A stretch of 64,000 nt of DNA from positions 654,515 through 718,514 of the forward strand of contig CAWEOA010000002.1 of NCBI GenBank assembly GCA_963810615.1, written 5' to 3'. Numbering within the stretch: position 1 is the stretch's first letter; each line of letters begins with the position of its first letter. This DNA comes from an uncultured Gammaproteobacteria bacterium. GTDB taxonomy: Bacteria; Pseudomonadota; Gammaproteobacteria; DRLM01. Both the position numbers and the translations under genes were made by a program. Shown here one piece after another: positions 30,643 to 41,019 of this stretch. The notes under the pieces are model-generated. The model did not search any database, was not told the origin of the DNA, and saw nothing but the letters and a program-made list of their open reading frames with translations.

Positions 30643-30939
30643 TTTGAATAGATCCATGCAGAAAAGGGCCGCGGCGAGGTCTAGTCCGGGAGGATGATCC
30701 AAAATCGTGTCGAAATCTTTTACAATCAGACTGTCGCCGCCCCCAGATCAACCACAGGCCGGCTTGTAACAAACTGAAAACTTAAGTGCCTTTCATTCAC
30801 GGCACATAAATTGCTGCCATCAAGAACGGCCAGAGTGACGGCGTGGGGGGCACTCCGATATAAAAACGCGAATAAGGAGCGTCCGCGATGGCTTCGTTTA
30901 ATATGCACGAGCCATAAACATTCACATTGAGGAGACACC

Positions 30940-31806
30940 ATGAGACTTTCCGCCTGGCCCTGGCTCGGGATCCTGGCTGCCGCCATCACGATTGGCGCGG
31001 CGTCGGAGGCACGGGCGACACCGACCTATTGGAACCTATTCAACATCGAGGGTGAGAACAGCCTCAGCGCGGGTTTCATTACCTACGCCAGCCAGATTGA
31101 CATGCTGTTCGACATCAATCGGACGGGCTTCTATCAACCGAATGGCTACGGAGCGGGCCAGAACGTCGTCGGCACCGGATCGGACGGAACGACCTACTGG
31201 AACCTATTCAACATCGAGGGTGAGAACAGCGCTTTGGCAGGCTTCATCACCTATGACTCGCAGTTCGACATGCTGTTCGACATCAACCGGACGGGCTTCT
31301 ACCAGCCGAACTTCCACGGGGCGGCCCAGAACGTCGTCGGCAGCGGGTCGGACGGAACGACCTACTGGAACCTGTTCAACTTCGAGGGCGAGAGCACGTC
31401 CAACGCGGTCTACGTTACCTATGACAGCCTGATCGACATGCTGTTCGACAACAACCGGACGGGCTCCTTCATCCCGGACGGTTACGGGGCAGCCCAGAAC
31501 GTCGTCGGCAGCGGGTCGGACGGAACGACCTACTGGAACCTATTCAACATCGAGGGTGAGAACAGCCTCAGCGCGGGTTTCATTACCTACGCCACGCTGA
31601 TCGACATGCTGAACGACACTAACCGAGTGGTGTTCGCCCAGCCGAATGGCTACGCGGCGGGCCAGAACGTCGTCGGCAGCGGCGCGACCGTGATGGCCAT
31701 AACGGGGCCGGGGCCTGTGACCACCGTTCCCGAGCCGGAGACGCTATGGTTGCTGGGGCTGGGGCTGGTCGCTCTCAGCTTTCAGGCGAGGCACCGCGTG
31801 CGCTGA
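30940..31806 (+). CDS. PEP-CTERM protein with four 57-aa tandem repeats
   Basis: It has a signal peptide, four repeats starting TYWNLFNIEGENS...QNVVGSGSDGT, and a C-terminal VPEPETLWLLGLGLVAL-SFQARHRVR motif. A GAGGAGA SD precedes the start. Confidence 0.85.
   Translation: MRLSAWPWLGILAAAITIGAASEARATPTYWNLFNIEGENSLSAGFITYASQIDMLFDINRTGFYQPNGYGAGQNVVGTGSDGTTYWNLFNIEGENSALAGFITYDSQFDMLFDINRTGFYQPNFHGAAQNVVGSGSDGTTYWNLFNFEGESTSNAVYVTYDSLIDMLFDNNRTGSFIPDGYGAAQNVVGSGSDGTTYWNLFNIEGENSLSAGFITYATLIDMLNDTNRVVFAQPNGYAAGQNVVGSGATVMAITGPGPVTTVPEPETLWLLGLGLVALSFQARHRVR
31024..31704 (+). repeat. four in-frame 171-nt tandem repeats inside the PEP-CTERM gene
   Basis: Repeats 1 and 4 are identical at the nucleotide level over more than 60 nt (acctattggaacctattcaacatcgagggtgagaacagcctcagcgcgggtttcattacctacgcc). 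Confidence 0.9.
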
Positions 31807-32044
31807 AAAAATCCGGGTCAGATCACAGTTCTTTCTAATATAGATATACATCACTGAGCCAACTCCACAAGAAGATGGATAATGGCATGCAAACCCCGTT
31901 TTGCTCCACCGTGTATACCTCAACACATCATCCAGCGCGGAAATAACCGCGATGCATGCTTTTACGCAGATCAAGACCTTCAGTTCAAGCTAGACTACTT
32001 AAAAAAGCGGACAGTCAGCCTCAAGTAAAGAACGGCTCGTATTG

Positions 32045-32440
32045 GCCGGCAAGCGACCGATCGGCGCGGCCGTTCCCAGACCGTGGTGGCCTTAACCTTC
32101 AGCTTGCTCAGACATTTCCAGGGCGTCGTTAACCTCGACCCCAAGATATCTGACAGTGCTTTCCGGCTTTGTGTGCCCAAGCAGCAGCTGAACAGCTCGA
32201 AGATTCCTTGTTCGCGGGTAGATCAACGTTGCTTTTGTACGATTCAGGCTGTGTGTTCCATCCTCCCCAGGATCCAGCCAGCCCAGCGAGAGCCACCCAC
32301 TTTTTCACAATACGAGCGTATTGCCGCGTAGAAATATGTAGAGACTCCCTTAGTCGGCTCGGGAAAAGGAGCTGACCTGAAGTGAGCTGTTCTTTAGCAA
32401 TCCATGCCTTAATAGCCTTTCGTGTCTGGGTGGACATTCA
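32045..32440 (-). pseudogene. frameshifted 3' fragment of a second recombinase gene (duplicate of 29859-30236)
   Basis: It encodes ...AIKAWIAKEQLTSGQLLFPSRLRESLHISTRQYARIVKKWVALAGL and then shifts frame at a ccagcc duplication. It has no N-terminal part and no start. Confidence 0.75.
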
Positions 32441-32492
32441 ACGTACAAATTGGGCGCTGCGCGCTATTGAGCAGCCCCTCTCTAATGGAGGG

Positions 32493-32720
32493 TTATGCCG
32501 GGATTACTTCATTACAGACTACACCAGTCTCTTTGTTTTCGATTCGACTTTTAAACTTGTCATCCAAAGACGGGGCAGCAAGTCTCCCGATTAGCACATA
32601 GTCATTTTGCGTAACAGCCTTGGCGCTGGGGAACAAAAGAGGAGACGCAATTGCGATGGCTGCAAGTATGCAAATGACGATAACGACGAATAACGGAACA
32701 GCACGATTCGATAGCTTCAT
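32493..32720 (-). CDS. small exported or membrane hypothetical protein (75 aa)
   Basis: A GGAGG SD lies 8 nt before the ATG, and the N-terminus is a hydrophobic signal/TM segment. Confidence 0.4.
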   Translation of the reverse strand: MKLSNRAVPLFVVIVICILAAIAIASPLLFPSAKAVTQNDYVLIGRLAAPSLDDKFKSRIENKETGVVCNEVIPA

Positions 32721-33816
32721 TTAAATAACCTCCAACTTAAATAAAACAACGATAGTCACTCGATGTTTGTGAATGGGCATAACAGGCAACAGGCGGGCGC
32801 TCAGCATGCGCCGCAATTGATTAATATGCAATGGTATTGGTGCGCCGGCGTCAGTATATAAATCACAACAGTGCTGATATTGCCTGCAGGCTAGGGCTCG
32901 GAAGCGACAGTTCGCTACTGGCCGGGGGTGAACTTTTGAATGACCGCTATCATACAGCAGGAAAGATCAATAGAAACATAGAGTCTCTACGTTTCACCGC
33001 GATGCTCAGCGAAGCCATCCCATGGTTCGACACATGAGAGTCACACATTCATACGTGAGTAGCCGATAAGTGCTAAGCTGCTATTAACGTAAACGCAGGG
33101 GAAAATGTTATATCAACCGAAGAACAACGTGAGGCAGAGGCTGCGTCCCTTGAGCAGGAACGCCTAGCCTTCAATAGAACACATACTGCATGGATCGCCG
33201 TTCAAAATCAGTTTACACCCTTTGGTAATGGACAGCCTACTCAGGACAGCATTGATCAATACTATGCTGCCGAAATTGATTGGGAAGTAGCCCAAGCAAA
33301 AGTGAAGCGTTTCGGCATCGAAACAAGGAGTGATGCATGATAATAAAGCCTACCCGAAACGACGTACACGGAGCCGCCGCCATACTGATAAAGGTAAAAG
33401 GGGCTCCCGCACTTATGAAAGTGCTCGGCACATACGGTGCCGTCCGTACCGGCCAAATTCAGATGCGCGACTGGCCTCGATTTATCACAGATTGTCAGAA
33501 AGTGGAAACTGCATAGCTATCGTTTATCTGTCCAGCCTTTTCGGATCCAAGTTGATCAATGCGAATTTGTCCACTTGAAAATTGGACACTCAGTTCACCT
33601 AGAGCAATGTCGGGTATTGGCCGACACTTGCCTTGACCGATAGGCAGGCGCGACGGGATATCAATACTGAGGACTGACAATATTCGATAACTACGGTTGT
33701 TTCAGCGTGATGCAGATGCCCAACATATTAGTTAGCGGTCGCGGCTATGAGAGACGACAGAATTAGCACGGAAGAATCATGAGCACGACGCCCTCAATTA
33801 CGATAACAGGTCGTTA

Positions 33817-34287
33817 CTACCAGGCATGGATGTAATTAAGTGAGACCTGCATAGGCTCGAAAGGAGCCTGGATGTTGTAAATGGCGCCGTGATAGTAACT
33901 ATCCAGCGTCACATTGAGCGACAACCTTCCCGTATTGGTATTTGTATCCGCTCCCGTGGAAGCCTCGCTGAAATTAGCATTCCCGCCGGACACGGACCTG
34001 TCCGAGGTTTGCCATCCAGCATTCACGCCACGTACGCCAGACGCGAGTTGTGACGGACGGACCTCGATGCCACTCTGCCGTCCGGCATTGCGCGTAGTTG
34101 CCTGAGAAGACAGGACGGCGGGATCACAGCGGGAGAAGATCGCAGTGCACAGAAGGAGAGTGGCGCTCTGCGACCCAGATACCGCTCGCGGCGCAACCGC
34201 CCCTTCAGCGCGGCATCCAACTGAGGCACCCATTCCAAAAACAACGAGAGACAAGTTTAAGATTAAAACGCGCCTCTGACAGGACAT
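33817..34287 (-). CDS. secreted hypothetical protein (156 aa)
   Basis: An AAAAGGAG SD lies 7 nt before the ATG. The product has a signal peptide, a Ser/Gly/Asn/Thr-rich mature region and a C-terminal aromatic residue. Confidence 0.55.
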   Translation of the reverse strand: MSCQRRVLILNLSLVVFGMGASVGCRAEGAVAPRAVSGSQSATLLLCTAIFSRCDPAVLSSQATTRNAGRQSGIEVRPSQLASGVRGVNAGWQTSDRSVSGGNANFSEASTGADTNTNTGRLSLNVTLDSYYHGAIYNIQAPFEPMQVSLNYIHAW

Positions 34288-34915
34288 CTGGAAACTCCTT
34301 TTTAGCTGGCTGCTGGCTGCGATTAACTGACTATTGTACGCTTTTTTTAAATACCAACAAAAGGTTAGACAACAATTTCGTCAAAAATATCCCTGCGAAT
34401 AGGAGGCCACCCCAAACGAGGAGTGGATAGTTCTTTCGCAAACTTCAGCTTTGGAGGCAACATACAAAAGTCAGATATCAAAAATTCAACAAATTGCGCA
34501 CCTTCCAATTCTTGATAAAGTAAGTCATCAATAGGCCTATATATTGTCGCGAACTCGGAGCTAAACAGCTTAATTAGTTGGCTTTCAATTTAGACAGGGC
34601 AAGGCGCTCAAAGAGCATGAATCCGCTTAGCTCGTCAGGGAAGTGGGCTCTCAGCCCTGTCTAATCAAGTGACTGATTGAACTCGCAGCCGATGCGAGAC
34701 ATTCCAACAGCTGCACTTCGGTATAGATAATGACAGAGAAATTAGGCACGACCAGTGGCTACACTTAACGCGCTCGTTTCGCTCTCATGGGCATAATATG
34801 CAGTGTGATATAAATGAAAAAAACTCAACAGAGAAGGAAATCGACAACCGTGTTACGTGGTTTAAACTTATGTAGGGATGAATGATCCGTTACACATGGC
34901 GCGCTAAGCACCTAC

Positions 34916-35962
34916 TTAGCAGATACGCGGCAAGGGATCGCTGCTCAACCAGTCCACCAGGCGGTTGCCGCCGAAGGCGGTCTCCATCTCCACAAATCGA
35001 TGCTCGTCGGCGCGCACCTCGCCGATGATGACGGCATCCTTACCCAAGGGGTGATGGCGCATCACCGCCACCAGATCGTCGGCACATTGGGGCGGACACA
35101 CGGCCACCAGCTTGCCTTCGTTGGCAATGTATAAAGGGTCGAGGCCGAGGAATTCGCAGGCAGCGCTCACCGCGGGACGGACCGGGATGTCGCGCTCGCG
35201 GATGATCATCCCTACGCCGGACTGGCGCGCCCATTCATTGAGCACCGCGGCCAGGCCGCCGCGGGTGGGATCGCGTAGACAATGGATGTCCGGCGCCACC
35301 TCAATCATAGCCGCCACCAGTTCGTGCAAGGCCGCGCTGTCGGACCGCAATTCGGTCTCAAACTGCAGGTGTTCCCGCTGCGAGAGGATGGCCACGCCGT
35401 GGTCGCCGATGCTGCCGCTGAGGATGATGCGATCACCCGATCGCGCGCGGTCGGCGCCAATATTCACGTCGGACGGCACGCTGCCCACGCCGGTAGTGGT
35501 AATGAACACCCCATCGCCCTTGCCGCGCTCCACCACCTTGGTATCGCCGGTGACCACGACCACATCGGCGGCGCGCGCCGCCGCCGCCATGGAATCGACG
35601 ATGCGCCGCAAGTCCGTCAGGGGGAAGCCTTCTTCGATGATGAAGCTCGCCGACAGATACAGCGGCCGCGCCCCGGCCATAGCGATGTCGTTGACAGTGC
35701 CGTGCACCGCCAGGCTGCCGATGTCGCCGCCGGGAAAGAACAGCGGCGACACCACGAAGCTGTCTGTGGTGAGTACCAGGCGCCCGGGCGGCGGTTCGAA
35801 GGCCGCCTGATCGTTCATCGCGCGCAGCCAATCGTTGTCGAAGGCGGCGACGAATAATTCCTCGATCAGTTGCGCCGTGGCGCGCCCGCCGCTGCCGTGA
35901 CCGAGCTCAACGCGGCCATGGGCGAAATCCAGGGGTGGAAAATAATCTTTATTCTTGCTCAT
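34916..35962 (-). CDS. hypE: hydrogenase maturation protein HypE (carbamoyl dehydratase)
   Basis: It has an AIR-synthase-related fold and the conserved C-terminal PRIC with the catalytic Cys as the last residue. Confidence 0.9.
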   Translation of the reverse strand: MSKNKDYFPPLDFAHGRVELGHGSGGRATAQLIEELFVAAFDNDWLRAMNDQAAFEPPPGRLVLTTDSFVVSPLFFPGGDIGSLAVHGTVNDIAMAGARPLYLSASFIIEEGFPLTDLRRIVDSMAAAARAADVVVVTGDTKVVERGKGDGVFITTTGVGSVPSDVNIGADRARSGDRIILSGSIGDHGVAILSQREHLQFETELRSDSAALHELVAAMIEVAPDIHCLRDPTRGGLAAVLNEWARQSGVGMIIRERDIPVRPAVSAACEFLGLDPLYIANEGKLVAVCPPQCADDLVAVMRHHPLGKDAVIIGEVRADEHRFVEMETAFGGNRLVDWLSSDPLPRIC

Positions 35963-36046
35963 ACCATGATCCGTGCATCACGAACGGGCTAAATGCCAGT
36001 TTGCCACTACCTTCCTTCTCCCTTAGGGAGAGGGGACAAATACAAC

Positions 36047-37183
36047 TCAGTTCGTCACTTGATCTATCGTCCGGTCGACAAACCGGCCATAGCGATAATG
36101 CGCGGCGCAGGCCCCTTCCGACGACACCATGCAGGAACCCAGGGGATTGTCCGGGGTGCATACCGTAGCGAATACCTTGCACTGCTCCGGACGCTTGGCG
36201 CCGCGCAACACCGCGGCGCATTCGCAGGCCTTGTGATCGGGGATGGCCTCCTGGGCGATGGCGAATCTGGCCTCGGCGTCATACTCTGCGTAGGCGGTAC
36301 ACAGTTTCAAGGCACTGTGGGGCAGACTGCCCAGGCCGCGCCACTCAAATTCGTCGCGTAGCTCGAACACCTCCGCCATCAGGGCCTGGGCCTTTTGATT
36401 ACCGTCGCGCGACACCACCCGGCTGTATTCGTTTTCCAACTCGGCGCGCCCCTCGTTGAGCTGGCGGATCAATTGGCGGATCGCCTGCAGGATGTCCAGG
36501 GGCTCGAAGCCGGTGATCACCACCGGATAACCGTAGTCGCGGGCAAAGCGTTCGAAGGGCCGGCTGCCGATCACGGTACTTACGTGACCGGGTCCGACGA
36601 AGCCATCGACGTGAATGGCCTCCGCCGCCGGCGCATCGAGAATGCCCGCCATGGCCGCCGGGGTCAGCACGTGATTGCAGAATACCGTGAAGTTTTTCAG
36701 GCCGAGGCGCTGCGCCTCCTTGACCGCTACCGCGGTAGGCGGCGTGGTGGTCTCGAAACCGATGGCGAAAAACACTACCTGCCGTTCGGGGTGACGCTGG
36801 GCAACGCTCAAGGCATCCAGCGTCGAATAGATCATACGCACTTCGGCCCCCGCCGCTCGGGCCTTCATCAGGGTCGCGCCATTCTTGCCCGGCACCCGCA
36901 GCATGTCGCCGTAACTGCACAGTATCACCTCGGGCCGCCGCGCCAATGAAATCGCCGCCTCGATACAGCCCGTAGGCAGTACGCACACCGGACAACCCGG
37001 ACCATGAATCATCTCCACATTGTCCGGCAACAGTCGCTCGAGACCGTAACGCGCCAAAGTGTGGGTGTGACCGCCGCAAAATTCCATGAGGCGATAACCG
37101 CGCCCTGCATCGACCTCAGAGGCGATCGCACTGGCGAGATGCCGTGCCAGATCACCGTCACGAAAGGCCTCCAGATATCTCAT
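36047..37183 (-). CDS. hypD: hydrogenase maturation protein HypD
   Basis: It has the MRYLEAFRD start and the motifs CGGHTH, GPGCPVC and FxPGHVS, plus C-terminal CxxH/CPVC cysteines. It overlaps hypC by ATGA. Confidence 0.9.
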   Translation of the reverse strand: MRYLEAFRDGDLARHLASAIASEVDAGRGYRLMEFCGGHTHTLARYGLERLLPDNVEMIHGPGCPVCVLPTGCIEAAISLARRPEVILCSYGDMLRVPGKNGATLMKARAAGAEVRMIYSTLDALSVAQRHPERQVVFFAIGFETTTPPTAVAVKEAQRLGLKNFTVFCNHVLTPAAMAGILDAPAAEAIHVDGFVGPGHVSTVIGSRPFERFARDYGYPVVITGFEPLDILQAIRQLIRQLNEGRAELENEYSRVVSRDGNQKAQALMAEVFELRDEFEWRGLGSLPHSALKLCTAYAEYDAEARFAIAQEAIPDHKACECAAVLRGAKRPEQCKVFATVCTPDNPLGSCMVSSEGACAAHYRYGRFVDRTIDQVTN

Positions 37184-37401
37184 GATGACGTCGCCGCCTC
37201 GGCGAACAGGCGCAGGGTCTTTTCCGCCTCCATGGGATCGAGCTTGCGTAAGGCATAGCCCACATGCACGATCACCCACTCACCCACGGCGCAATCGTCA
37301 AGCAAAGCCAGGGAAATTTCTTTTGACACACCGCCCATGTCCACACGGGCGAGTTCACCTTCGCGCAATTCGGTGATTAAGGCGGGGATCGCCAGGCACA
37401 T
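37180..37401 (-). CDS. hypC: hydrogenase maturation chaperone HypC
   Basis: The 73-aa product starts MCLAIP, the invariant HypC N-terminus. Confidence 0.9.
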   Translation of the reverse strand: MCLAIPALITELREGELARVDMGGVSKEISLALLDDCAVGEWVIVHVGYALRKLDPMEAEKTLRLFAEAATSS

Positions 37402-37586
37402 GGATTTTCTCCGTAGCGGGTGCGTGAATTAGTATAGCGCAGCGATCCGTGTTACATGGCTTCATAGATTCGCGAGGACATTTCCAGTCGGACAAGCTGG
37501 TCGTGGTATTTTTATCGATGTCCTCACCCTGAACCTGCCCCTGAGGGAGAGACAAAGACTTTAAAAACATCAGACATTGCGCCACC

Positions 37587-39935
37587 TTACATTAGCGCCG
37601 CCATGGAGCTTATCGCCACCCAGGCCTGACCCAGGCTCAAGCCACCGTCGTTGGGCGGCAGTCGTTGCGCCACATGCACATTCATACCCGCATCCCGCAA
37701 TTCGGTGGACAGACTCTGAAGCAGCACGCCGTTCATGAAACAACCGCCGTTCAACACTACATGGCGCAGCGATTCCTGCCGTGCGGCACGCTGCACCCAC
37801 TCGCCGAGTCCCGCCGCCAAAGTGGCATGAAACAGCGCGGCCCCGTAAGCGGCGTCTGATTCGCGGGCGAGGCGATCGAGCAAGGGCAGTAAATTCAATA
37901 CGCCGTTCGGCTCGACACGATAATCCTCCCGGCACGGCGCCACCGGCCCGTGGCGCAGCGCCAAAGACTCCAACTGCATGGCGGCCTGCCCTTCGTAGCT
38001 GTTGCGCACAGTGATCCCCAACAGTCCGGCGGCGGCGTCGAACCAGCGGCCGGCGCTGCTGGTGACGGGGGCGTTGACATTCTTATCCAGCATTTCCTTC
38101 ACCGTCTCCGCACCTGGACCGGCAAAGCGCCGCTGGATTTCCCCACCGCGACCCAGGGCGTGCAGGGCACTGGCCGCCATGCGCCACGGTTCCCGCGCCG
38201 CGCGATCGCCACCGGGCAAGGCGAGTTCATAGATATGACTCAGGCGCCGACAGTGGGCGCCCTCCACTCGCAGCAGTTCGCCGCCCCACAGACCGTCATC
38301 ATCTCCCAGACCGAAACCGTCCAGAGCAAGACCCAACACCGGTTCGCTCACCCCCTGCTCGGCCAGCACCGCGGCGATATGGGCATGATGATGTTGGACG
38401 GCGATACAGGGCAGATCGCGCTCCGCGGCGAAACGGCGCGCCAAGCGGCTGCTGTAGAAATCGGGATGGCGGTCATGGGCGACGTACAACGGCACGATAT
38501 CCAAGGTATCCAGCCAGCGGTCGAGGGTGTGTTCCAGGGCGCGGCAGGCGGCGCCATTGTCGAGATCACCGTTGTGCTGCGAGACATAGGCCTCGTCACC
38601 GCGGGTAACACAAAAAGTATTCTTCAAATCTCCGCCCATGGACAACAGCGCCGGTCCGCCGTGAGGCAACTTGATGGGCTGCGGGACGAAGCCGCGGGCA
38701 CGGCGGATGAAGCGCGGCGCAGCGACTCCGCCGTGCAGCACGCTGTCATCGCAGCGCTGAGTGATGTCGCGATCATGACTTACGAAGAAATCGGCAATGC
38801 CACGCAGACCCGTAAAGGCCTCGCGGTTATCGGTCACCAGGGGCTCGCCGCCCACATTGGCGGAGGTGCAGACCAGGACTAATGCCTGTGTCTGCTGCAG
38901 CCATGCCGTACCGACGGGGCGACCTGCCGCCTCATGAAACAATAGATAGTGCAGCGGCGTATACGGCAGCATCACACCCAGGTGGGCGATGCCCGGCGCG
39001 ACACCGGCAAGGGTAATATCACAGGCTGCGGTTTTCTCCAACACAACGATAGGACGTGCCGCCGACTCCAATAAATTCCTTTGGCCCGAATCGCACCGTA
39101 CCCAAGGCGACAAGGAGGCGCAATTGGCGGCCATCACCGCGAAGGGCTTGGCCTCGCGGCCCTTACGCACGCGCAGGCGTGCCACCGCCCCCGCGTTGCG
39201 GGCATCGCACAACAGATGAAAACCGCCCAGACCCTTGAGGGCGACGATGCGTCCGGCGGCCAGCGCCGCCAGGGTCGTGGCGATAATATCCTCCACCGGG
39301 AGGAGCTCACCTTCAGCATCGTGAAAATGCAATCGCGGCCCGCACTCCGGGCAGGTATTGGCCTGGGCGTGAAAGCGCCGTGCACTCGGATGCTGATATT
39401 CGCTGATACAAACCGGGCATTGCTCAAAGCCCGCCATGCTGGTGTTATGGCGGTCGAAGGGCAAGGCCCGGCTGATAGTGAAGCGCGGACCGCAGTGCAC
39501 GCAATTGATGAAGGGATAGCGACAGCGGCGATCACCAGGATCGAACAGTTCGCCAAGGCAATCGGCACATACCGCCGCATCCGCAGCGATGGCGGTACGC
39601 GCGGCATCCGTCCGGCTGGCGGCGATGAAAAACGGCGGCGGCGTGGCCAGCACCGCAACGACGCTTTGCTCCACGGCGATGATGTGCGCCTGCGGCGGCG
39701 CAGCGCGCAGGCGCACCAGAAAGGATTGTAGTGCGTTCGCCCCGCCCTGCAGCTCGATCTCCACGCCCTCGGCGCAATTACATACCCAGCCGCACAACCC
39801 CAATTCAGTGGCCAACCTGTATACAAAGGGGCGAAACCCCACACCCTGCACTTGGCCACGCACCAGGATGCGGTGACGCAGGACTTTCGCGCCATGTTGC
39901 GGGGCGCCGATCGTGTCGCGTTCAGTGCTTGTCAT
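37587..39935 (-). CDS. hypF: carbamoyltransferase HypF
   Basis: It has an N-terminal acylphosphatase domain (VRGQVQGVGFRPFV), two CxxC...CxxC zinc-finger pairs, a YrdC-like domain and a Kae1-like domain. The length is 782 aa. Confidence 0.9.
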   Translation of the reverse strand: MTSTERDTIGAPQHGAKVLRHRILVRGQVQGVGFRPFVYRLATELGLCGWVCNCAEGVEIELQGGANALQSFLVRLRAAPPQAHIIAVEQSVVAVLATPPPFFIAASRTDAARTAIAADAAVCADCLGELFDPGDRRCRYPFINCVHCGPRFTISRALPFDRHNTSMAGFEQCPVCISEYQHPSARRFHAQANTCPECGPRLHFHDAEGELLPVEDIIATTLAALAAGRIVALKGLGGFHLLCDARNAGAVARLRVRKGREAKPFAVMAANCASLSPWVRCDSGQRNLLESAARPIVVLEKTAACDITLAGVAPGIAHLGVMLPYTPLHYLLFHEAAGRPVGTAWLQQTQALVLVCTSANVGGEPLVTDNREAFTGLRGIADFFVSHDRDITQRCDDSVLHGGVAAPRFIRRARGFVPQPIKLPHGGPALLSMGGDLKNTFCVTRGDEAYVSQHNGDLDNGAACRALEHTLDRWLDTLDIVPLYVAHDRHPDFYSSRLARRFAAERDLPCIAVQHHHAHIAAVLAEQGVSEPVLGLALDGFGLGDDDGLWGGELLRVEGAHCRRLSHIYELALPGGDRAAREPWRMAASALHALGRGGEIQRRFAGPGAETVKEMLDKNVNAPVTSSAGRWFDAAAGLLGITVRNSYEGQAAMQLESLALRHGPVAPCREDYRVEPNGVLNLLPLLDRLARESDAAYGAALFHATLAAGLGEWVQRAARQESLRHVVLNGGCFMNGVLLQSLSTELRDAGMNVHVAQRLPPNDGGLSLGQAWVAISSMAALM

Positions 39936-40004
39936 GCCTCCCTACTCTACTCCTGTCGCGGGAGGCGAGGGAACGCTATGCCGGGGGGAAGTACAACGAG
40001 GGCG

Positions 40005-40346
40005 TTACGTGGCCACCAATTCGGTAATGCGCAGGGCCTCGCCATCGACCGGGGTCAGCGGCTGCGCCTGACAGTAGGGACAGGCCTGATCGTGATGCGT
40101 CATCATGACTTCACGCAGGCAGGCCGGGCAAATAGCCTGGGTCGGATGCTCGACGATATCCAATTCCGCCGCGTCGGCGATGGTACCCCGCGCGGCGGTT
40201 TCGAAATTAAAACGCAGGGCCTCGCGCTCCGCGGCACTCAGTGTGCCGGTCTCCACGCGCACCCTGCTCACCCGGGTCAAGCATCGCGCCTGCGCCTCAT
40301 CTTCGATGAGTTTGAGCAGTCGACGCGTCAAGCCCCATTCATGCAT
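40005..40346 (-). CDS. hypA: hydrogenase nickel-incorporation protein HypA
   Basis: It has the MHE start, is 113 aa long, and carries CPAC...CPYC zinc-binding pairs. A GGAGAGGG SD overlaps the end of petC. Confidence 0.85.
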   Translation of the reverse strand: MHEWGLTRRLLKLIEDEAQARCLTRVSRVRVETGTLSAAEREALRFNFETAARGTIADAAELDIVEHPTQAICPACLREVMMTHHDQACPYCQAQPLTPVDGEALRITELVAT

Positions 40347-40368
40347 ACAACCACCCTCTCCGGGTATT

Positions 40369-41019
40369 TTAATCCAGGCGCGCCCAGACCTTGCGCTTGG
40401 AAAAATATAGCAAAATGGTGAGCATCAGCAGATAGCCCAGTACGTAGTAGCCCAGGTGATGGCGTTCCGCAGCGTGCGGGTCCGCCGCCCAGTTCAAGAA
40501 CGCCGCGGCGTCTTTGGCCTGTTCTTCCAGCGGCCCACGCTGCGCTGCGTCCTCGGCGTCGCTGAAATTCAGGACGTCCGGCATCTTGATGCCGGGAAAC
40601 GCATGATTGTCCACACTGCCGTCGGGCTTATGATAAAACCCCGTCAAAATTGAATATATGTAGGCGGCCCCACCTTCGCGGGCGTTGGCCATCAAGGACA
40701 GGTCGGGCGGAACGACACCAAAGCTTTCCTTCAGCATGTCCGGGGACATATCGCTCACCAGCGGCTCTTTGAGACCCTTGCCGCTGCGCAAGGTATCCAA
40801 CTCTTTGGCGCTGAAACCCAACTGCGACAACCCCCCATACTTGATGTATTTCAAGCTATGGCAGGCCATACAGACATTGGTGATGACCTCGGCCCCACGG
40901 CGCACCGCCTCGGGGGATTGTGGGATTTTGACATCCGCCGACTCCGCCGCCACCGCAATGGACTGGCTCACGGCAATGCCCAGGAAAATGATAAGGCCGG
41001 CTAAGTTAAGGCGCTTCAT
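40369..41019 (-). CDS. petC: ubiquinol-cytochrome c reductase, cytochrome c1 subunit
   Basis: It has a signal peptide, a single CMACH heme motif near the N-terminus and a C-terminal TM anchor. It follows cytochrome b with a 4-nt overlap. Confidence 0.85.
   Translation of the reverse strand: MKRLNLAGLIIFLGIAVSQSIAVAAESADVKIPQSPEAVRRGAEVITNVCMACHSLKYIKYGGLSQLGFSAKELDTLRSGKGLKEPLVSDMSPDMLKESFGVVPPDLSLMANAREGGAAYIYSILTGFYHKPDGSVDNHAFPGIKMPDVLNFSDAEDAAQRGPLEEQAKDAAAFLNWAADPHAAERHHLGYYVLGYLLMLTILLYFSKRKVWARLD

Larger units (their letters stand above)
25064..34915. mobile_element. lower-GC accessory island carrying a tyrosine recombinase, a recombinase fragment, PEP-CTERM cargo and internal repeats
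   Basis: Base composition drops visibly to roughly 45-52 % GC against about 62 % in both flanks. The island has long AT-rich non-coding stretches, a recombinase plus a partial duplicate, and repeated elements, and it sits between iaaA and hypE. Confidence 0.6.

Noticed and set aside
33060-33340. Stop-free plus-strand frame of about 88 codons (…EEQREAEAASLEQERLAFNRTHTAWIAVQNQF…) in the island
   Set aside because: There is no ATG, GTG or TTG start after the upstream stop at 33074-33076. It may be a gene remnant, but it cannot be supported as a CDS.
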